Shown here in pieces: positions 1-6,562 of a stretch of DNA of 64,000 bases. Origin of the DNA: a virus; the IMG/VR virus record IMGVR_UViG_3300045988_108212, positions 93,286 to 157,285 of that record. The stretch is one strand, 5' to 3'. Numbering within the stretch: the stretch's first letter is position 1; each line of letters begins with the position of its first letter. The position numbers were made by a program, and so were the translations under genes. A model generated the notes under the pieces. The model saw only the letters and a program-made list of their open reading frames with translations. It was not told where the DNA came from and ran no database searches.

Positions 1-226
1 ATCTACCGTTATCGACAATGCTATTAAACCATATTGCACTATAAATAGATCCGCTACCATCAATGTAATGATATCTTTCACCGTATTTTGGTTTCCAAAC
101 TTTAGACCCTGAATTAGTTTTTTCTTTTGGTTTCGCTCTTTCACAACATTTATCAAATAATGCTTTTATTAGATCCTGTTCTGCCTCTGGCAGCACTGAA
201 ATATCAATTGTTTTTGTTGTACTCAT
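1..226 (-). CDS. hypothetical protein, N-terminal part only (gene continues past left edge)
   Basis: ATG at 226-224 abuts the stop (229-227) of the upstream gene. The frame stays open to nt 1 (MSTTKTIDISVLPEAEQDLIKALFDK...). It is missing from the ORF track only because it is truncated. Confidence 0.45.
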   Translation of the reverse strand, partial: MSTTKTIDISVLPEAEQDLIKALFDKCCERAKPKEKTNSGSKVWKPKYGERYHYIDGSGSIYSAIWFNSIVDNGR

Positions 227-619
227 TTATTTCCCCTCACTTTTAAACTCTTCAATCTCTCTCCACGCCAAAACACTTTCGTCGTTATAGTATAAAATGT
301 TACTGTTACGCCTTCTCCATCCATGAGAATCGTGCCATGACCTATGAGTGCATTCACCTTTTATAAAAACCCAAACGTACTTAATATCTTCTGGCAGATC
401 ATCAGGATTCTTTCTTAAGTCATGCCATCTATACTTTTCTTTATATTCTTTTAACTCTTTCAATTCTCCCAGCCACTTCGCAAGTTGCTCATGATTTAAG
501 GCACAGTCAATCAATCCATCAAGTTCTTCATCGTCTGGATTCGCATGACACAACATGGCTTCTGTGTATTTCTTTGTTGCCATATCATTTGCGCATTTGA
601 TAGTTTCTTCTAAATTCAT
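227..619 (-). CDS. hypothetical protein; C-terminal half resembles a DUF551-type phage domain
   Basis: 130-aa ORF packed head-to-tail with its neighbours. The W-rich C-terminus (RWHDLRKNPDDLPED..VWVFIKGE..WRRRN) resembles DUF551 from memory only. Confidence 0.55.
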   Translation of the reverse strand: MNLEETIKCANDMATKKYTEAMLCHANPDDEELDGLIDCALNHEQLAKWLGELKELKEYKEKYRWHDLRKNPDDLPEDIKYVWVFIKGECTHRSWHDSHGWRRRNSNILYYNDESVLAWREIEEFKSEGK

Positions 620-634
620 TTGTTTCTCTCCTCT

Positions 635-922
635 CTAATCAATATCTGCGATACTCTCTACAAAACAGTTATAATAAATATATCTCTTACCTTTGTAGTC
701 AAACTTGACATATCCACCATCATTTGTATCAATATCAATTTTTCCTTTATATTCAGCAATCTTCTTACCGTCTGCCGTGTATACTGTAATGACTCTATTC
801 ATACCACCATTCCAATTGCTTTTCATATCAACAACTCCTCTTTTGAATCCTGCGGTACATCCTGTCATTGATCCTAAGCAAATCGTTGTTCCTAGAACCG
901 TTGCCAAAATTTTCTTTCTCAT
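635..922 (-). CDS. small lipoprotein
   Basis: N-terminus MRKKILATVLGTTICLGSMTGC is a signal peptide plus a lipobox Cys. AAGGAGAG SD lies upstream. Confidence 0.75.
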   Translation of the reverse strand: MRKKILATVLGTTICLGSMTGCTAGFKRGVVDMKSNWNGGMNRVITVYTADGKKIAEYKGKIDIDTNDGGYVKFDYKGKRYIYYNCFVESIADID

Positions 923-1330
923 TTATTTCTCTCCTTCTTCCTTATAGTAATATCCATACAAGCAACAATCTCCAGAATCCCATGTGTCGTAATAACAACC
1001 GTCTGAAATTGCAACTACATGATTCGCAACATTTACCAAGTAATTGCCTTGTTTATGATCTTTTGCAAAACTTTCAACTGTTGGTCGTTTAGATCCTTTT
1101 CGGTTGCTAATACCTTGATAAGCAAACCCATTATCGAATAAATATTCTTCGTAACATTTTCGCTCTGATGGCATACACTGCATATCCCTTGCGTATGGTA
1201 ACAAATCATCAAATGTTGTTAACCATTCTTTATCAAGCACTTTTGTTAATGCTCTGATCACGCAATCTGAATGATTGTCTTTTGTATCTTTATCGTTTGG
1301 TTGATAATATCTGTAAATTTTATTTGACAT
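923..1330 (-). CDS. hypothetical protein, possible papain-fold cysteine peptidase
   Basis: 135 aa. It has an early 'DCVIRAL' Cys and a late 'NHVVAISDG' His in the order expected for a Cys-His peptidase. SD GAAGGAGTGAG. The function is inferred only. Confidence 0.5.
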   Translation of the reverse strand: MSNKIYRYYQPNDKDTKDNHSDCVIRALTKVLDKEWLTTFDDLLPYARDMQCMPSERKCYEEYLFDNGFAYQGISNRKGSKRPTVESFAKDHKQGNYLVNVANHVVAISDGCYYDTWDSGDCCLYGYYYKEEGEK

Positions 1331-1386
1331 TTTCTCACTCCTTCATATTTCATTTTCTTGAAGTTTACCTTTCATTTGTTGAATAT

Positions 1387-1415
1387 AATATACCACTTCT
1401 TGCACATAGTGTCAA
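1387..1415 (-). promoter_or_regulatory. sigma-70-type promoter for the 1330<- operon
   Basis: The minus strand reads TTGCA-TTGACA-ctatGTGCAAgaagtgg-TATATT (17-nt spacer). It shares the GTGCAA element with the promoters at 12.9 and 38.75 kb. Confidence 0.55.
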
Positions 1416-1496
1416 TGCAAAATCTTCAACTTCTTGAATATTTTATTTTACATCCTGTATATAATATGTTACAATATAGATGTGGAGGTATATCAT

Positions 1497-1700
1497 ATGA
1501 TAAGTTATAAACCGCTTTTCGTAACTTTAGCGAAAAAGGGTATGACAAAATCTGATTTACGAACCGCTTTAAATATGGGGTCTGGTACAATTGCCAAGAT
1601 GGCAAAGAATCAGTATATCAGTCTCGAAAACATTGACAAAATTTGCTTATATCTTGATTGCAAAGTTGAAGATGTTATCGAGGTCATACCAAACGATTAA
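1497..1700 (+). CDS. XRE-family helix-turn-helix transcriptional regulator
   Basis: MISYKPLFVTLAKKGMTKSDLRTALNMGSGTIAKMAKNQYISLENIDKICLYLDCKVEDVI is a classic Cro/C1 HTH. GGAGG lies 8 nt before the internal ATG at 1497 (the ORF track starts at 1434). It is divergent from the minus operon. Confidence 0.85.
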   Translation: MISYKPLFVTLAKKGMTKSDLRTALNMGSGTIAKMAKNQYISLENIDKICLYLDCKVEDVIEVIPND

Positions 1701-1702
1701 CC

Positions 1703-1738
1703 AAAAAGACTTTAACCATTTAGGTTGAGGTCTTTTTT
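1703..1738 (+). terminator. rho-independent terminator
   Basis: AAAGACTTTAACC-attta-GGTTGAGGTCTTT stem followed by a T-run, directly after the XRE gene stop. Confidence 0.7.
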
Positions 1739-1740
1739 AG

Positions 1741-1878
1741 TGGAAACAACAGGAATCGAACCTGTGTCGGCAATTTATATGTGATGAAAATTAAATGTAA
1801 ATAAATAAAAATACTTATATGGAGGTAGAAAAATGAATGTTTATGTATTGCCTGCTCTACCAACTGAGCTATGTTTCC
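1741..1878 (-). tRNA. tRNA-like gene with a 74-nt insertion in the anticodon loop (CAU-type loop start); intron-bearing or disrupted
   Basis: The reverse complement reads GGAAACA-TA-GCTC-AGTTGGTA-GAGC-A-GGCAA-[74 nt, >80% AT]-TTGCC-GAC-ACAGG-TTCGATT-CCTGT-TGTTTCC-A. All four stems pair perfectly. Confidence 0.5.
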
Positions 1879-2008
1879 ATGACTGGCACTTTATACAACT
1901 ATATATAGTGGTTCAATAATTGGATAATCACTATATATTGTGTTTTATAGAGTCATAAAATGCCAGTTTTATGTTTGTGAAATTAATTTTTGTAGATGAA
2001 TTTATCTG

Positions 2009-2743
2009 CTATTTACGAGCGTTTTTCATCTGATCTAAGATAGCCTGAGCTTCCTGCTGTCGTTCATCCTGCTCCATACGATAATCTAATGTTTCTGCAC
2101 TAGATTCATACGCAATAGCAACGCCTTTGGCTTGTTCGCTAAGTTTCTTTGCTCCTTCTCGAACCTCTTCCAAACCTTCCTGAGCAACATTTGAACTATT
2201 ATATTGATCTAAATTTTTCTGTAATTCTGCAATCTGCTGATCTGCCTCCATCTGGAGAACTACAGTATCTTTTTCGCCTTTTAACTTAATGAGCTGATCA
2301 TATGCCTGGTTTTTAATTTCTTCCTGTTTATCCTTTGTGGTTTGCAACTCTGGGATTTTCTTTTCGTACACTGATTTCTGTGCCTTTAGCGTGGCTAATT
2401 TTTGAGCATAATACATTGCTTTTTTATCATCATGATTATCAATGTACTGGTTGATCATTGCCTCGGTTTTAGAAATTTCTTCTTTTGTTTCTTTGAGATC
2501 ATCTTCCATTGTTGCCAATCTACCAGCTACCGTTGTGTATGTACCCATTGTTTTCTTATAAAAGTCTTGTTTCTCTTTAATTGCAGTATTATATCTGGCT
2601 CTTGCTCCCTCTGGAGTCATTGCATTTTCTTTGATCTTTTCTGTAACTGTTCCAGATGCCACATTTTTAATCTGCTTTCCGTTTTTAGTAAATTGTAAAT
2701 ATGCGATAATTGCTACAATTACACAAATAATAATAATTGCCAT
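2009..2743 (-). CDS. membrane-anchored coiled-coil protein, PspA/IM30-like
   Basis: N-terminal TM helix (MAIIIICVIVAIIAYL) followed by about 220 aa of heptad-rich, E/K/Q-rich sequence similar in pattern to PspA. It lies immediately downstream of the flotillin gene. Confidence 0.45.
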   Translation of the reverse strand: MAIIIICVIVAIIAYLQFTKNGKQIKNVASGTVTEKIKENAMTPEGARARYNTAIKEKQDFYKKTMGTYTTVAGRLATMEDDLKETKEEISKTEAMINQYIDNHDDKKAMYYAQKLATLKAQKSVYEKKIPELQTTKDKQEEIKNQAYDQLIKLKGEKDTVVLQMEADQQIAELQKNLDQYNSSNVAQEGLEEVREGAKKLSEQAKGVAIAYESSAETLDYRMEQDERQQEAQAILDQMKNARK

Positions 2744-2757
2744 AATAATTTCTCCTA

Positions 2758-4218
2758 TTAGAACTCACGGTAATCTGCTGGCTCTGGTGTTCCAAGACTT
2801 TCATTATCTGTAAACTCTACTTCTTTATCTTCAGAAACAAAATCTTTCAACATCTTTGCAAGATCAACACCTGTAGATCCTTTAACACCATCTGATACCT
2901 GATTCACAACATTCATAATATCTTTTGTTAATTTTGTTGTATTTCCTTCTCCATACATAGTAATGCTTCCTACATTACCTAATGGCGCAGCTGCATTTTT
3001 AACTGCTTCTGGGAACATCTGGCACATCATTTCTACGATAGAAGCTTTACCCATCTGTTTCATAGCTTCAGCTTTCTTCTCAATAGCTTCTGCTTCAGCA
3101 ATACCTTTTGCTTTAATCGCCTCAGCTTCTGCTACACCTTTTGCTCGGATACCTTCAGCTTCCTGTTCCATAGCATATTTTGTAGATTCAGCTTCTTTTT
3201 CTTTAGCATATTTATTTGCTTCTGACTCTTTCTGTCTCTTATATAAATCTGCATCTGCTTTCTGCTGAGAAGCATATCTTTCAGCCTCTGCCTGTTTCTT
3301 GATCTGTGCATCTAATGTCTGCTCTGTTACCTCAACGTCTTTGCGTTTCAATTCAATTTCTTTTTCCTGACGCATAATATTAGCATCCGCAGTTACAACT
3401 TCAATTTCTTTACGTGATTTTTCTTCCTGAATCTTGTATGCTGCATCTGCCTCAGCCTTCTTTGCCTTTGAAATCTTCTCAAGTTCAGATTTTTTAATCT
3501 CCAGATTATTATTCTTTTCTGCAATCGCTGTTTCTGACTCGACTCTTGCATCATTCGCTTCTTTTTCAGCCATTGCTTTTGCTTTTTCAATATCTCTTTC
3601 GCTTTCAGCTCTGGAAATCGCAGCCTTCTTCTGAATTTTAACAACATTATCTACACCAAGATTTTCAATAACATCATTATCATCCATAAAATTCTGCACA
3701 TTAAAACTGATAATATCTAATCCCATTGCAGCAAGGTCTGGTTTTGCATTTTCTGTAACAAGCTGTGCGAATTTCTGACGATCGGAAACCATTTCTTCGA
3801 GACTCATCTTTCCAACGATCTCTCGCATATTACCTTCAAGGACTTCTCTTGCGACCTGTCCAATATCGCCTACTGGCTTATTTAAGAAGTTTTCTGCTGC
3901 AAGTTTTAATCTTTCTGGATTACTGCTAACCTTTACATTGACCGCTGCATCTACATTGATATTGATATAATCTGCTGTAGGCACAGAACTTGATGTCTTA
4001 ACATCAATTGGAATTAACTCAAGATTAAGATGATCTGCTTTTTCAAAGAATGGGATTTTTAACCCTGCCTTACCAATTAATGTCTTAGGTGTCTTTCTAA
4101 GTCCAGAAATAATATAAGCTTTATCTGGACTTGCTTTGACATAACCGCTACCGATAATAGCTCCTACGCCACCTACCGCAATAACCACTGGTACCACTGT
4201 TCCAATTACTTCAATCAT
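2758..4218 (-). CDS. flotillin / SPFH (band-7) domain protein
   Basis: N-terminal TM, then an SPFH core (YVKASPDKAYIISGLRK..IPFFEKADHLNLELIPIDV..). A long A/E/K-rich flotillin repeat region follows (AEAEAIKAKGIAEAEAIEKKAEAM), then a C-terminal FloT/YuaG-like tail. Confidence 0.9.
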   Translation of the reverse strand: MIEVIGTVVPVVIAVGGVGAIIGSGYVKASPDKAYIISGLRKTPKTLIGKAGLKIPFFEKADHLNLELIPIDVKTSSSVPTADYININVDAAVNVKVSSNPERLKLAAENFLNKPVGDIGQVAREVLEGNMREIVGKMSLEEMVSDRQKFAQLVTENAKPDLAAMGLDIISFNVQNFMDDNDVIENLGVDNVVKIQKKAAISRAESERDIEKAKAMAEKEANDARVESETAIAEKNNNLEIKKSELEKISKAKKAEADAAYKIQEEKSRKEIEVVTADANIMRQEKEIELKRKDVEVTEQTLDAQIKKQAEAERYASQQKADADLYKRQKESEANKYAKEKEAESTKYAMEQEAEGIRAKGVAEAEAIKAKGIAEAEAIEKKAEAMKQMGKASIVEMMCQMFPEAVKNAAAPLGNVGSITMYGEGNTTKLTKDIMNVVNQVSDGVKGSTGVDLAKMLKDFVSEDKEVEFTDNESLGTPEPADYREF

Positions 4219-4283
4219 AAATATCTCCTTTGTTATAAAATTTATTTATCACAACACCATATATAAATGTTATAATCTTGTTA

Positions 4284-4616
4284 TTAAATACACCCACCAC
4301 ATGAGTTAGGGCGAAAATCCTCTTCATTGATTGCTTTGAAGATCTGACGCTGAACATCAATGTCTGTTGTAATTTCATCTAACCAATATTTATTAGACTC
4401 AATCCACTCATCTTGTTTCAGTCCGTCATAATATGATTCCCATTCTTCAACCCAGTCCTTAAAATACCATCGCTCATATCTTTTATATGTATTCATAGGT
4501 TCTGTGCGTAAGTCTTCTGGAATCTTATCGGTAACATCTTTACCATCAACATAAAGCTTCCATTCTCCAATACAGAGTGCAAAACCACGACCTGTCCATT
4601 TTGCTTTAACTTCCAT
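4284..4616 (-). CDS. hypothetical W/E-rich protein ending in ...NSCGGCI
   Basis: 110 aa, starting 21 nt downstream of the radical SAM gene stop. The only cysteines near the end form a terminal C-G-G-C motif. Confidence 0.7.
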   Translation of the reverse strand: MEVKAKWTGRGFALCIGEWKLYVDGKDVTDKIPEDLRTEPMNTYKRYERWYFKDWVEEWESYYDGLKQDEWIESNKYWLDEITTDIDVQRQIFKAINEEDFRPNSCGGCI

Positions 4617-4636
4617 GTTTAATCATCCTCTTCAAT

Positions 4637-5599
4637 TTAATTTCCTAATGCAATTAATGAATTTCCACATGTAATTCTGTCTGCGTCTTCTTCTTTCGAT
4701 GGAACAAATACAATTACATCCCAACCGTCTTTTACAAGTGGTTGTTCAAATTTTTCATATACGTCAAAATCTGTTACAATCTCATATCCTTCGTCAACTG
4801 CTTCAACTGTTTCATGGATAGGAGTAATCTTTACAATGCATTTTTCCTTATCGAAATACTTGTTCATCAAATCTACGTCTAAATTACTTTTGGACGTAAC
4901 AGCAAAATTCAATGTGTACTTACGCTTCTTTGGCATTGGCAACCAATCAATAATGCCTCCGATCTCTGTTAAAGATAATGAACATCCTCGAAACATTTCA
5001 TTTCTTTGTTCTTCATTAAGAGTATTGATAGAGAACTGAAGACCAAAGCCATCTTCTCCACCATATTCGAATCCAGTTTTAACCCATTTATGTAAAAATT
5101 CTTTTAAATTATTATTTGCCTTTGGCATCATTGTAGAAATTACTGGATGATATGTGTTGAAATGTATATCACTGTCTGGATCTGCTAACATATGTGCAAT
5201 CTGTTTAGCCGAAGCAATTACATTTTGATTAAATGTAGGCTCTCCCATTCTTGCATAATGTACATTTAATCGTTCTCCATGTCTGATTCCTGATAAAGCA
5301 ATTCCAGAAGTGATCTCCATCATTAACTCTGGCAACGATGCGTTTCCTTTAAATCCAAGTTTAGGGCAATCACAGAAATTGCAATGCATCGGACAACCTT
5401 TCTGCGACGAAACAGTCACAACTAATTTTTCTCTAATATCAACTGGTTTATGTTCAACTTTTTCAATTCGTTTATCATACCCAAGAAAATCTGCCTTAAT
5501 GTTGTTTTCCTTGCCATAATCACCAACGAATAAGTATTCTAATGTTAAATCTGTATCGGAGATAATTTCTCCTGTATGTGTGTCTGTAATCTGTCTCAT
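4637..5599 (-). CDS. radical SAM enzyme, RlmN/Cfr-like
   Basis: VTVSSQKGCPMHCNFCDC (CxxxCxxC), MGEPTFN, LQFSINTLNEEQR, VKITPIHET and C-terminal RITCGNSL parallel the RlmN blocks LCVSSQVGCxxxCxFC / MGMGEPL / ISLHA / INLIPWNP / AACGQL. Confidence 0.8.
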   Translation of the reverse strand: MRQITDTHTGEIISDTDLTLEYLFVGDYGKENNIKADFLGYDKRIEKVEHKPVDIREKLVVTVSSQKGCPMHCNFCDCPKLGFKGNASLPELMMEITSGIALSGIRHGERLNVHYARMGEPTFNQNVIASAKQIAHMLADPDSDIHFNTYHPVISTMMPKANNNLKEFLHKWVKTGFEYGGEDGFGLQFSINTLNEEQRNEMFRGCSLSLTEIGGIIDWLPMPKKRKYTLNFAVTSKSNLDVDLMNKYFDKEKCIVKITPIHETVEAVDEGYEIVTDFDVYEKFEQPLVKDGWDVIVFVPSKEEDADRITCGNSLIALGN

Positions 5600-5629
5600 T
5601 TTCTCTCCTTCCTTTAAATTACTGTTTTA

Positions 5630-6097
5630 TTAATCAAATAATCCATACCCAAAGTGCTGTCTCAGTTCATCATTCCAACTATTAATCGATTCAACTTTTG
5701 GCTCTTGGACAAGCTTATATCGAAAATCTTCAGGCATAGACAGTGCGATAAAATTCATAATAAGTTTTGCACAATCTTTCCTTTCTTCAATATAATACAC
5801 GCCATCTTCTTTATAGAAATCAACCTCTTTAAAACACCCAGAATTATTTAAAATTTCAAATGCTGTTTCGCTCATTTCTGATTCTTGATACTCTGTCCAA
5901 ATCAGTCTCTCACTTCTATAACCAAGACCTAGACCCGTATAATCTTCATTGTAATTAAAAGCTACTCCTAGCTTTTTACAACTATCTTTATACGCTTGTC
6001 GAATTTTATGAATATCATAGTTACAATCAAATAAAAAACTTTCTGATATTTTATGCCCATCTTCCGACCAGTCGCCTAATTCTAATTTATAAATCAT
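5630..6097 (-). CDS. hypothetical protein
   Basis: 155-aa ORF with AAAGGAGAC SD; no family recognised. Confidence 0.7.
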   Translation of the reverse strand: MIYKLELGDWSEDGHKISESFLFDCNYDIHKIRQAYKDSCKKLGVAFNYNEDYTGLGLGYRSERLIWTEYQESEMSETAFEILNNSGCFKEVDFYKEDGVYYIEERKDCAKLIMNFIALSMPEDFRYKLVQEPKVESINSWNDELRQHFGYGLFD

Positions 6098-6154
6098 TCC
6101 AGTCTCCTTTCTTTAAGCACCCACCCGTCAAATTTGACGGGAAGGTGTATTATC

Positions 6155-6544
6155 TTAATCTTCTAACGAATCAATCATTGCACGTAATTCTGCTTCTGAC
6201 ATCTTCTCAATAGCCTCATCCTGTTTCTTGGAAAGAGCATCAATATATTTTCTCTGTGTCAGTTTCTTATTAATACGTTCCTTTTCAGCAAGTCTCTCAT
6301 TACGTTTTGTTGTAAAGATATACTTCACAATACCAATCGCAGCCGTTAATTTTGGATCAACATTTGCATCATCCAACAGACTTTCTTCTGAAGATTTAAC
6401 TTCCTGATCTTTCAGATTTTTATAAACCACGTCTAAATCTTTATCAGATAAATCCCATAAATCTTCTACGGATAATTCTCCCTTTGTTGATGGGAATCTC
6501 AATTTGCTTCTTGTTGCCATTTCGAATAAATTTTCTGTTGTCAT
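6155..6544 (-). CDS. hypothetical protein (acidic, helical)
   Basis: 129-aa ORF with AAGGAGAT SD; no family recognised. Confidence 0.7.
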   Translation of the reverse strand: MTTENLFEMATRSKLRFPSTKGELSVEDLWDLSDKDLDVVYKNLKDQEVKSSEESLLDDANVDPKLTAAIGIVKYIFTTKRNERLAEKERINKKLTQRKYIDALSKKQDEAIEKMSEAELRAMIDSLED

Positions 6545-6562
6545 AATTCAATCTCCTTTATA

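Noticed and set aside
1741-1878. The split tRNA-like gene could be a tmRNA-like molecule or a tRNA with a group I intron.
   Set aside because: At 138 nt it has an intact D arm and anticodon stem, no G3:U70, and no tag ORF on the tRNA strand, so it is not tmRNA. The 74-nt insert is several-fold too short and too AT-rich for a group I ribozyme core.
2402-3647. Several 60-100 aa ORFs antisense to, or out of frame within, the PspA-like and flotillin genes (2402-2698, 2631-2813, 2963-3268, 3393-3647, 3434-3634).
   Set aside because: Their sequences are low-complexity mirror images of the A/E/K-rich flotillin repeats. They have no SD, and they overlap a gene with an unmistakable family signature.
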